From a virus, in the IMG/VR virus record IMGVR_UViG_3300042375_000684: a DNA stretch of 64,000 bases; one strand, 5' to 3'. Numbering within the stretch: the stretch's first letter is position 1; every line of letters starts with the position of its first letter. Position numbers and translations under genes: made by a program. Below the pieces are notes generated by a model. It was not told where the DNA came from. It searched no databases and worked only from the letters and a program-made list of their open reading frames with translations. Below are positions 43,895 to 52,303 of the stretch, in pieces.

Positions 43895-43936
43895 CCTTAT
43901 AGAATCAGTATAAACTATTTAAAAGCATTTGTCAAC
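43895..43936 (-). promoter_or_regulatory. class-1 repeated early promoter
   Basis: TTGACA-N17-TATACT-GATTC-TATAAGG, then GAGGAACC RBS. Confidence 0.8.
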
Positions 43937-44093
43937 CCACCAAAGATACTTTTTTCAACTCATCCAACTTTTTACAGACTTCATCCACTTGTTTCCAATC
44001 TTGAGCATTTTTAGCGGTTACCAATGCAAGAATTAGATCAAGTTTGGTATTTACACGATCAAGAGCAACATTCACATCACGGAAGTTTTTCAT
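43932..44093 (-). CDS. small hypothetical protein (53 aa, not in ORF track)
   Basis: AAGGAG RBS below a class-2 promoter. Confidence 0.55.
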   Translation of the reverse strand: MKNFRDVNVALDRVNTKLDLILALVTAKNAQDWKQVDEVCKKLDELKKVSLVG

Positions 44094-44121
44094 GGTGTCT
44101 CCTTTTATTCATTACGGTACC

Positions 44122-44150
44122 ATTATATACCGATTCTTTACATTTGTAAA
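44122..44150 (-). promoter_or_regulatory. class-2 sigma70-like promoter (GANTC in spacer)
   Basis: TTTACA-N8-GAATCGGTA-TATAAT. Confidence 0.72.
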
Positions 44151-44152
44151 TA

Positions 44153-44177
44153 GAAAAGAGGCCCGAAGGCCTCTTTC
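44153..44177 (-). terminator. Rho-independent terminator with C(UUCG)G tetraloop after nrdA
   Basis: GAGGCC-TTCG-GGCCTC followed by T4. Confidence 0.88.
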
Positions 44178-45197
44178 TTAAGCTTCACATGCAGCGCACC
44201 CAGCGGCTGTTACTCTTTTTCTGGTCAATGCTTGGGCGGCCGACATTGAGTAACTGTAATACAAGCTCTTGACACCCATTTCCCATGCATATAGATAAAG
44301 TGCATTTATTTCTTTTACAGGCATATCTGGATCAACCATCAAGTTCAAACTTTGACCTTGGTCAATGTATTGTTGACGAACACCAGCGTGATCAATAATA
44401 GTGTAAGGGTTAATTTCAGCAAAGGTCTTGAATACTTCTTTTTCATTTGGAGACAAGAAGTCTAGATGTTGGATTGAACCATCTGCATTTTTAATTGTTT
44501 CCCATACCTCTGTTGTGTTTTTACCTTTTTCTTCTAGCAATTCCTGAAGGTAAGGATTTTTAATAGTCACTTTCATCTTTGCAAGATCTTTGACATAGCA
44601 ATTAGAGAACTCAGGCTCGATAGACTGACTTACCTGTCCTAGAATAAAACTACTAGATTTAGTAGGTGCAATTGCCATGGTTGTAGTATTACGCATACCA
44701 TAACCCTTAAGTAATGGTGGTTCACCTAGTTTTATTGCAAGTTCACGTGATGCAGCGTGTGAACGTTCCTGTAATGTTTTTGCAATTTCCATGTTCTTCT
44801 TTGCTGCTTCTTTAGATTCAAAACCAATCATATTAGATTGAAGATATGAATGCCAACCAAGAATACCAACACCGATTGCACGATGATTAATTGCAAATTC
44901 ACGTGCACGCTTCAGATATTCTTGACCTTCAGCTTTACGGATAAACTCTTCACAAACTGTATCAAGGAACATTGTCATAACTTCGATAGCGTCTGTTTCA
45001 ATAATCTCATCCCAGTGAAGAGCATTAATTGATGAAAGGACACAAGTAAAAGTTTCAGTGACAGACGACGGAAGTGCAATTTCGATACAATTATGTACCA
45101 ATATATCGTTGGCAAAAAAAGATGATGTTTCCGGAACTGTTATATCGTACACGGGTATTTCTTCATCATAATCAATGTATTCTATTCTTATACCCAA
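44178..45197 (-). CDS. nrdA: split-intein C-fragment fused to the C-terminal half of class Ia ribonucleotide reductase alpha subunit
   Basis: TTG start; 36-aa IntC ending VYDITV...FFANDILVHN, then CIEI (radical Cys), AIGVG, APTKSSS, QSIEP, SLYY, C-terminal CAAC. Confidence 0.93.
   Translation of the reverse strand: MGIRIEYIDYDEEIPVYDITVPETSSFFANDILVHNCIEIALPSSVTETFTCVLSSINALHWDEIIETDAIEVMTMFLDTVCEEFIRKAEGQEYLKRAREFAINHRAIGVGILGWHSYLQSNMIGFESKEAAKKNMEIAKTLQERSHAASRELAIKLGEPPLLKGYGMRNTTTMAIAPTKSSSFILGQVSQSIEPEFSNCYVKDLAKMKVTIKNPYLQELLEEKGKNTTEVWETIKNADGSIQHLDFLSPNEKEVFKTFAEINPYTIIDHAGVRQQYIDQGQSLNLMVDPDMPVKEINALYLYAWEMGVKSLYYSYSMSAAQALTRKRVTAAGCAACEA
45090..45197 (-). mobile_element. split intein C-fragment (IntC, 36 aa)
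   Basis: blocks F and G with terminal His-Asn and +1 Cys. Confidence 0.92.
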
Positions 45198-46036
45198 TTT
45201 TTAGTTTCCTTTTTTGTAAATTGTCTCCATTCGTTTGAATGGAAGCTGTTATATTTTTCTAAAGTTATTCCATCTTTTTCGGAACATTTTATTAATTCAT
45301 CTACCATACCCCAAAATCCTCTATTTGAAAATCTAAACATTTTCCAATGTTTTAGATGAGGTAAATTATAGTAAACAGAATGTTGAATCCAAAAACTACC
45401 ATTAACCAGTTTATTGTACTTATAGCAACAATTTTTATAAGATTCTAATAAATCTGTGTCGGAATATTTGCTATTTTGATTAGCATATCCTAGACTCTCG
45501 TTACTTCTTATTTTATTCTGTTCAGCAGTTTTCTTTAATCCTTTAGTAATATGAACCCATTCGCCATTTAAAACCTTTGGATCATTCATTGATACTATAC
45601 CCAATCTTTCGCCAGTAAGTAGATTTTTTGCTGGCATAGTTCCAGTTTTACCTTTACTTATAGCTTTATTTGTTTGTATTTTATATTTTTCATATATTCT
45701 TGAACTATAGTTATATACAGACCTTTTATTATTTACAGGGCCGCCATTTAAAAACATTTTTAATGAAAGATAGCAGCGATATTCCCATTTTGTATTATTC
45801 CATATCTTACAAAGTATTAAATGTGCTATAAAATGTTCTCTTGGAGTAAGATATGTAATATTACCTACGTGCTCGCCATCACCTTCATATATTCCATCAT
45901 TATGACGAAGTTTTCTTTTATTATTTTTATAAAAAAATACCGGTACTATATGATGTTTTTCCAAACTACCGCCCCGAATTTTTTTCCTTCTTATACCTCG
46001 TTGGCACATATTTTGGTATATTTTTTCATAATTCAT
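45188..46036 (-). mobile_element. mobE: free-standing MobE-like HNH homing endonuclease
   Basis: MNYEKIY...EKHHIVP...NITYLTPREHFIAHLIL matches the T4 MobE N-terminal pattern (from memory); lies inside the fractured nrdA. Confidence 0.8.
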
Positions 46037-46041
46037 GCAGT

Positions 46042-46081
46042 AAAATCTCCTTTTTATTTTTATTTATAATAAGGGAGATTT
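46042..46081 (-). promoter_or_regulatory. RBS-sequestering hairpin with internal T4 late promoter controlling the HNH gene
   Basis: AAATCTCC(CTT)...TATAAATA (46061-46068)...AAGGAGATTT, then ATG at 46036. Confidence 0.82.
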
Positions 46082-46106
46082 CACTACATTATAGAGTGTT
46101 TAGAGA

Positions 46107-46424
46107 TTATTCACCTATTAGAAGTTCATCATCTTCTGTAAGATCTTTAGCTTCTACCCAACCTCTGTTTTGAGTAAAGATTTTATGATCTGGTGTGCAC
46201 TCAACAACTTTGCCTGTTTTATCATCAGTAATACGTATCATTTTTTTAGTAGAACCAGTTTGGGCGGCCGCAGTAACTTTACAGAAACCTTTTTCTGTTT
46301 TTACTTTAGTCTCAGCTGGTATTCCACCTATTGACCAAAGTTTAACAAATGTTTCTATATCTATTGTTTGTGGTTCTTTTTCAAACGGAAACCACACTGT
46401 CATAATACTATCACCACGTAGACA
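46107..46424 (-). mobile_element. split intein N-fragment (IntN, 105 aa)
   Basis: block A CLRGDS, block B ECTPDHKIFT, NRGWVEAKDL, then stop codon. Confidence 0.92.
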
Positions 46425-47195
46425 CATGTTTGACGCATGGATCTTCATCTTTTTATCTTTATAGACTTGAGGCTTGTTATTGTTAACATTATCACCAAAT
46501 AGGATATAAGGATACCCAATCTCTGATCTACGCTGAAGTACTTTTGCCCAGATTCGGCGCTTCTCTGCATCACCTTTTTTCATTGACTCTATAAATGAGT
46601 CTGAAACAACAATACCAGTAGTTAGTCCCTGAATTGGATTTCCTTCGGTTCCAATATCTAAAAACTCGTCGGCATCTGGATGATCAATATCTTGATATGC
46701 AGCAAAGAAACCTCTGCGAACTGAACCTTGTGAAACTACTGATGCGAGTGTATCATATAGTTGCATAAAGTGGACGGAACCTGATGATGCGCCGGAATCT
46801 GTAATATTAGCCCCACGGTGACGGACTGCACCGAAGTAACCGGAACAACCACCACCATTTTTCATTAACATACCGTTTTCTGCAACGCCAAAAAGAATTG
46901 ATTCCATATTATCATCAATATAAGAGCCAAAGCAAGAAACTGGTAAACCACGCTTCTTACCATAATTAGCCCAAACAGGTGATGAGAGAGAATAGAAACC
47001 ACGTGACATATAATCATAAAATTTGTCTGCATATCCAGGAATACCTAGATATTTTTCTGCTGTTGCGGCGATCTCTCTAATTCGACTTTCTGCAGTTTCA
47101 CCCGCATCTTCATTGATGTAGCCCCTTGAAAGAAACTTTCGTGAGTCTTCATTCAACCAATAAAATTTTTCGTACGTCTTTGTTACCTCTATCAA
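46107..47195 (-). CDS. nrdA: N-terminal half of class Ia ribonucleotide reductase alpha subunit fused to split-intein N-fragment
   Basis: SSPVWAN, LPVSCFG, GGGCSG, QGSVRRG, GYPYI, ASNM followed by intein; no ATP-cone. Confidence 0.93.
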   Translation of the reverse strand: MIEVTKTYEKFYWLNEDSRKFLSRGYINEDAGETAESRIREIAATAEKYLGIPGYADKFYDYMSRGFYSLSSPVWANYGKKRGLPVSCFGSYIDDNMESILFGVAENGMLMKNGGGCSGYFGAVRHRGANITDSGASSGSVHFMQLYDTLASVVSQGSVRRGFFAAYQDIDHPDADEFLDIGTEGNPIQGLTTGIVVSDSFIESMKKGDAEKRRIWAKVLQRRSEIGYPYILFGDNVNNNKPQVYKDKKMKIHASNMCLRGDSIMTVWFPFEKEPQTIDIETFVKLWSIGGIPAETKVKTEKGFCKVTAAAQTGSTKKMIRITDDKTGKVVECTPDHKIFTQNRGWVEAKDLTEDDELLIGE

Positions 47196-48472
47196 AATAG
47201 ATCATCCTCCGTAAATGCTTTTGTTTTCTTTGAATATGCTGTGCTTCTCTTAACAAAGAAGTCAACATTTTTTGTACTTAAAATTTCTTCAACAAACCAA
47301 TCTGTGCTTGAAACTGCAACTTGATCTACTTCATAAATTGGTTTAATATCAATTGCTTGTAGTGATTGGTTGAAACGATGCTTTAGAAATTCCTTGACGG
47401 TCTCTTTTGGAAGGAAGTCTAGATCTGAATCACCATAGATCCAATCTACAATCATGGACTCTGCCTTATATGCTTCTTTGCAGAGTCGATTTACCTCTGA
47501 AATTGTGTCTTTGGTCCACCAATCTGGATTTTCAGCTTTGATAATGTTAACAAGTTCAAAACCGAATCTAGCATGAATGTCTTCTTCTTTTGAAGTCGCT
47601 TCCACTGCATTAGAGATGCCTTTCAACATATTCTTATGCTTGTTGAAAGCCATCATGATTAGAAATTGCGAGAATAATGAAACATTTTCTACAAACATAG
47701 AAAATAGGACAATATTGTGGAAGTAATCTTTATCATCGACTGGGTTCTGAAGAGCTTGTTCTAGGTATGCAATACGCTTTTTTATTGCAGGAACATCTAC
47801 TATAGTTTCAAACTCTTCATTTAAACCCATGATTTCAATGAGATTTGAATAAGCATCGGCATGGCGAACTTCAGATTCTGCAAATGTTGCGCCGACTGCT
47901 TGTACTTCTGGTTTCTTTAGTCTATCACCGACTTTACCCCAGAATGCTTTGACTTGAACTTCTATTTGTGAAATTGCAAGCATTGCTTTCTTTACAATTT
48001 CTACTTCTTCTTTTGTCATTCTTACTTTCATGTCTTGGATATCAGATGAGTAATTAAATTCTGTATGAACCCAATATGAATGACGGATAGCATCTTTATA
48101 TTCGTCTAGTTGTGGATACTCGTAAGGTTTTAAATTAGTTCTTTTACGAAAAATATCTGGCATGTTATTATGGCGATATACAATGTATTCTCTTGCCAGA
48201 TCGTGTAGGCCCATGTCCATTATTACATTTTCAACGGTTCTATGAACTGTATCGACACTTACAATAACATCATTTACTGCACTTTTATTTAAAATATCTG
48301 TTACTTCTGTTGCCACTTCTTCTGGCATTGTTTTACTTCTGATACCGATGGACTTCATTGCTTTAGATACAGCAGTGCTGATCTTGTCTTTGTCATAAAC
48401 TTCTGTAGTCCCGTTTCGTTTGGTAACGTAATTTACTGTCTTAGAATGTTCGTTTGTTGAACTATCTAACAT
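47192..48472 (-). CDS. nrdB: class Ia ribonucleotide reductase beta subunit with N-terminal ATP-cone
   Basis: VTKRNG...YDKDKISTAVSKA cone; KPYEYP, SEVRHADAY, VENVSLFSQF, EDIHARFG di-iron motifs. Confidence 0.93.
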   Translation of the reverse strand: MLDSSTNEHSKTVNYVTKRNGTTEVYDKDKISTAVSKAMKSIGIRSKTMPEEVATEVTDILNKSAVNDVIVSVDTVHRTVENVIMDMGLHDLAREYIVYRHNNMPDIFRKRTNLKPYEYPQLDEYKDAIRHSYWVHTEFNYSSDIQDMKVRMTKEEVEIVKKAMLAISQIEVQVKAFWGKVGDRLKKPEVQAVGATFAESEVRHADAYSNLIEIMGLNEEFETIVDVPAIKKRIAYLEQALQNPVDDKDYFHNIVLFSMFVENVSLFSQFLIMMAFNKHKNMLKGISNAVEATSKEEDIHARFGFELVNIIKAENPDWWTKDTISEVNRLCKEAYKAESMIVDWIYGDSDLDFLPKETVKEFLKHRFNQSLQAIDIKPIYEVDQVAVSSTDWFVEEILSTKNVDFFVKRSTAYSKKTKAFTEDDLF

Positions 48473-48643
48473 ATGTAAGTACCCTTTCGTTTGAATTGTT
48501 AATAGAGAAAATAATTCATAGCCCTAGAAACAGGGTTACAATAAATATATTTAAAGGATTTTTAGTCTGTTTTGGTCAACATATGATATTTATTATCTAC
48601 TATCTTCAACATATTGACTTGTTACAACAAGTTACCAAAATTT

Positions 48644-49543
48644 CTATACGGCCATAGTTGCTTTTATAGTATCATGACTTTGATAGTTTGTCAACTTAAA
48701 ACAGTCTACATCATTCAATCTAAAACCACTTTTCAATCTATCTTCCAAATCAAACTCAGTGTCAATTTCCAGCCCGGGTAATGGATATTCTTCTCTTGAA
48801 AGTTGTTCTCGAACTTGATCAAAGTGATTTGAATAAATGTGTGCATCGCCAATTGTGTGCACATAGTCACCGACTCCAAGACCAACTTCTTTTGCAAGAA
48901 TATGAGTCAAAAGTGCGTATGATGCAATATTAAATGGGACACCCAGAAACACATCTGCGCTTCTTTGATACATTTGGCAATTCAACTTGCCGTTAATAAC
49001 CCTAAACTGGGCGAATGCATGACACGGAGGGAGTGCCATTTCATGTAGCTGGTTAGGGTTCCATGCTGATAGGATAATTCGTCTTGAATCTGGATTGGTT
49101 CTAAGTTGGTGTAGTATGGTTGTGATTTGGTCGACACCATTGTCGACCGAGAACCCGCCGAATTTACGCCACTGGAAACCATAAACGGGTCCGAGCTCTT
49201 TTGTAAACTCGTTGTTGATATAGCCGAGGTCCTTACCCTGTTTATCGGCATTTGCAGTCCAGATTGTATTTCTTCCAACCAATTCCACTCGGTGTTTACC
49301 AAATGTGAGTTCTGAAAGCCGTCTTTCATCTGTACTTCCTTCAAGGAACCAGAGAATTTCTCCGACGACTGATTTCCACGCAAGCTTTTTCGTTGTAACC
49401 GCCGGGAAACCTGCCGAGAGATCGAACCGCATTTGATATCCGAAAATGGATCGTGTTCCCACTCCAGTTCTGTCATTTACATCTTCTCCATGTTCTAAAA
49501 TATCTTCTAATAGCTTATGATATTGTTTCATACTTTGCTCCAA
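48644..49543 (-). CDS. thyA: thymidylate synthase
   Basis: TGVGTRS, LGPVYGFQWR, DSRRII, LPPCH, QRSADVFLGVPFN, GDAHIY; likely start 49531. Confidence 0.96.
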   Translation of the reverse strand: MEQSMKQYHKLLEDILEHGEDVNDRTGVGTRSIFGYQMRFDLSAGFPAVTTKKLAWKSVVGEILWFLEGSTDERRLSELTFGKHRVELVGRNTIWTANADKQGKDLGYINNEFTKELGPVYGFQWRKFGGFSVDNGVDQITTILHQLRTNPDSRRIILSAWNPNQLHEMALPPCHAFAQFRVINGKLNCQMYQRSADVFLGVPFNIASYALLTHILAKEVGLGVGDYVHTIGDAHIYSNHFDQVREQLSREEYPLPGLEIDTEFDLEDRLKSGFRLNDVDCFKLTNYQSHDTIKATMAV

Positions 49544-50010
49544 ATACTAAATGATAACCCATCTTGTTCTCGTGATGCCATTTCAGCGTAATCAGAAAGA
49601 TATTCTTTCATCGGAACAAAAGTATCACATTGATAGTCACCAGGAATATGTGTTGTATAGATATTATCACATAAATGTAATGTTTGTTTATAGATATCAG
49701 CTCCACCGATAAACCAAGTTTTTAGATCGGGGTATTCGAGTTTCAAAAGACGAATTAGTTTATCCATATCTCCAAAATAGCGACCATCGGGTTCACCTTT
49801 TATTTCAGATCTTGTAACAACAATATTAGTTCTATTGGGCAATTTTTTATTACCTAATGATTCCCATGTTTTCCTGCCCATCACAACAACATGACCATTT
49901 GTACATTCTCTAAACCATTTCATATCAGCCGGATTATGTGGCCAGGGCAGCCCACCATTTTTACCAATACCATAATTGTCATCATGGGCTAAAATTGCAT
50001 TTATCGTCAT
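49528..50010 (-). CDS. frd: dihydrofolate reductase
   Basis: GIGKNGGLPW, DMKWF, VMGRKTWES, LPNR, IGGA motifs. Confidence 0.95.
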   Translation of the reverse strand: MTINAILAHDDNYGIGKNGGLPWPHNPADMKWFRECTNGHVVVMGRKTWESLGNKKLPNRTNIVVTRSEIKGEPDGRYFGDMDKLIRLLKLEYPDLKTWFIGGADIYKQTLHLCDNIYTTHIPGDYQCDTFVPMKEYLSDYAEMASREQDGLSFSIWSKV

Positions 50011-50023
50011 AATATCTCCGTTT

Positions 50024-50031
50024 TATAAATA
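50024..50031 (+). promoter_or_regulatory. T4-type late promoter
   Basis: TATAAATA upstream of the only plus-strand operon. Confidence 0.7.
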
Positions 50032-50101
50032 CTCAGTGAAATTCGTTCTGTAAATATTTGACCTATACCATGAATTTCATCACTAGAAAGGGAATAGGTC
50101 G

Positions 50102-50434
50102 ATGAATATAGGAATACTTGGAATGTATATGTATTTACCAATAATTGCCTTAATAGTTGGTCTTGGTTTTGTATTTTTCTCCGGTGACGTGTTTAGATAT
50201 CCGTGTCAAGATCCATTAAATTGGGAAAATGCAGAGTGCAAACCACCAGTTTGTAAAGCTGCAGGCTTGTGTACAGAAGATCTAATAAAATTTGATACTA
50301 CCACAATAGAAGAAAAAATTACCGAAGATGTAATTGCTACTGATAATATGTCCGCTGTAGATGCTTTTATTGAAGATACTCCAGTAATTAATGACCAATT
50401 AAACACATGCGAAGGGTCGTCAAATGTCCAATAA
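50102..50434 (+). CDS. membrane-anchored Cys-rich protein
   Basis: N-terminal TM, then RYPCQDP...C..PVC...GLC. Confidence 0.7.
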   Translation: MNIGILGMYMYLPIIALIVGLGFVFFSGDVFRYPCQDPLNWENAECKPPVCKAAGLCTEDLIKFDTTTIEEKITEDVIATDNMSAVDAFIEDTPVINDQLNTCEGSSNVQ

Positions 50435-50723
50435 AAGAAAAACAGAAATTACCATAGAACTATTAAATGCTAAACTTAGATTCATTGTTGGAATTTGTCT
50501 AGCGTTTACTCTTACAGGAACAATTTTTGCTGTTTTATACTCGTTGATACATGTTACTCAACCCATGTATACTTCACCTAATGATCAGCAATTCTTTGAA
50601 TTAATACAACCGATTGCAACATTTTTAACTGGAACACTTTCTGGTATTATGCTCGGTGGTGCAACTATATCAGGCCGCAGAAAAGAAGACGATGAAGACT
50701 CAGTAACTGAAACAAAAGAATAA
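50424..50723 (+). CDS. two-TM membrane protein
   Basis: two hydrophobic helices; overlaps the upstream gene. Confidence 0.7.
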   Translation: MSNKRKTEITIELLNAKLRFIVGICLAFTLTGTIFAVLYSLIHVTQPMYTSPNDQQFFELIQPIATFLTGTLSGIMLGGATISGRRKEDDEDSVTETKE

Positions 50724-50738
50724 AGTAAATACATACTG

Positions 50739-50769
50739 AAAGGTTGGTGCTTTATGCGCCAACCTTTTT
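50739..50769. terminator. probable bidirectional terminator between convergent genes
   Basis: AAAGGTTGGTGC-TTTAT-GCGCCAACCTTTTT. Confidence 0.75.
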
Positions 50770-51771
50770 CCACGACATCATTTTTAAATTAGCTTTCAGA
50801 CCTTTGTACGTATTATCTAATAATACTTTTTCAATATCAGTCATACCATTCATTACCATTTCATTAATATCTTTGCCTGGTAAATTAGATGGCCAAATGC
50901 ATATTGAATAACCATCACGGATAACTTTTTCCATTCGTTTGTGAATTTCTTTATTTCTTGGTTCAGAATCAAATACAAAAATTGCATTTTCAGGATTCTT
51001 TAAACCAGAAACATTACCATCAGCACCTGCCATGGCAACAGCATTTGATAAAAACATACTATCAATTGCACCTTCAACAACAAAGTATCTTTTGGTAAAA
51101 TCAACTTTATCAAGTCCAAAAACTTTTGGAACTTCTTCCAACATAATTGTAATATAGCGAAGACCATTTGGTTTAAACCCACGAGCAGATAATCCAAATA
51201 CCTTTCCTTCACCATCAATAAAAGGTATTATTAAACGAGGTTCATCTTTGACCACATTAGGAAATTTATTCGGAATTAATGTATTGATCCATGTCATAAA
51301 TTTCGGTGCATAATATAGTCTATAATGCTGAGCTGTAGGTATCTGTCGTTTATCAATATATTGTTTTACTGGATGGTCAAACGCAAGTTGACTAATCTTT
51401 TTGATAGTCTTTAGTGGATTGACATATTTCTTAAAATCTGGTTTTGATGATTTTAATTGATCCAAAGGCTGTGGCTGGGCATCTTTGGCATTTTTCATAT
51501 ATTTTTCAGTGATATAATCATTATATACAAGGTTATCAACATCTTTTAGAAATGTTTTGAATGTCTTGCTTGCATAACAATTATGACAATAAAAATGAAA
51601 TGAATTGTTCTTTTCAAGTAACCAGCCGCGGGCCTTTACTCTGCTTTTCTGTGAATCGAGACATACAGGACATCTGAAATTTATTTTATATGGGTTGGTC
51701 GATTTAACTTTAAATCTTTCTAGCCTAGAAGACAAAAGCATAGTATATTGAAGATCGACATAGTCAACCAT
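50752..51771 (-). CDS. DNA primase (T4 gp61-like)
   Basis: FRCPVCLDS...YCHNC zinc finger, IIPF, TOPRIM VEGAIDS, FDSE, KDINEM. Confidence 0.93.
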   Translation of the reverse strand: MVDYVDLQYTMLLSSRLERFKVKSTNPYKINFRCPVCLDSQKSRVKARGWLLEKNNSFHFYCHNCYASKTFKTFLKDVDNLVYNDYITEKYMKNAKDAQPQPLDQLKSSKPDFKKYVNPLKTIKKISQLAFDHPVKQYIDKRQIPTAQHYRLYYAPKFMTWINTLIPNKFPNVVKDEPRLIIPFIDGEGKVFGLSARGFKPNGLRYITIMLEEVPKVFGLDKVDFTKRYFVVEGAIDSMFLSNAVAMAGADGNVSGLKNPENAIFVFDSEPRNKEIHKRMEKVIRDGYSICIWPSNLPGKDINEMVMNGMTDIEKVLLDNTYKGLKANLKMMSWKKVGA

Positions 51772-51829
51772 TTCTAATCACCTATTAATGTAATATTATT
51801 GTACCATTATATATTCAAGTTGAAATTTG

Positions 51830-52303
51830 TCAACCGAAAAATATCGCCCAAGGTAATTTATTGATTATAAAGAGTAGAACTGCACCGATTCCTAGAATGT
51901 ACCAGCGCCAGTTTTCTAGTGCCTGTATTCTTTTATCTTGGGTTTCAAGTTTTTCTGACATATTCCTGTTCATATTTTCAATAGAATCCAATAGTTCACG
52001 ATGATGGCGCTCTCTTTCTTTCTGAGATGTTTCTTTCATATCATCAAACTTTGTTGTTAATTCTTTTCGAAATTGTACTTCTTCATCGTTGTGTTTTTTA
52101 ATTGTCTCTTCGAGTGTTGTCACTCTTTTTTCATTATTTTCCAAGATATTTTCCTGAACTGCGATAGTTTTAAGTATTTCAGACATTTGACCAACAGCGC
52201 TGTCTATTTTAGTAAAAACATACTCAATCTGCTTTATATCTTTTTGTATCAATGCAATGTCGGTTTTTAAACTATTGATTTCATTGTCTACCATTGGTGA
52301 CAT
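51830..52303 (-). CDS. coiled-coil protein with C-terminal TM anchor
   Basis: heptad-rich body; LENWRWYILGIGAV tail. Confidence 0.7.
   Translation of the reverse strand: MSPMVDNEINSLKTDIALIQKDIKQIEYVFTKIDSAVGQMSEILKTIAVQENILENNEKRVTTLEETIKKHNDEEVQFRKELTTKFDDMKETSQKERERHHRELLDSIENMNRNMSEKLETQDKRIQALENWRWYILGIGAVLLFIINKLPWAIFFG

Noticed and set aside
11845-43936. The ~40-bp repeats as a CRISPR array
   Set aside because: Spacing is irregular (0.3-8 kb), intervals contain genes, no cas genes are present, and the repeats have -35/-10 structure.
44178-47195. nrdA break as a sequencing error or a group I intron
   Set aside because: Both halves carry proper intein termini, and the insert is a full HNH gene with its own regulatory hairpin. 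I saw no group I core elements.
48644-49543. thyA as a dCMP/dUMP hydroxymethylase or as intron-containing
   Set aside because: The ORF is continuous and keeps canonical dUMP-specific motifs (PPCH, RSAD, PFN) next to DHFR.
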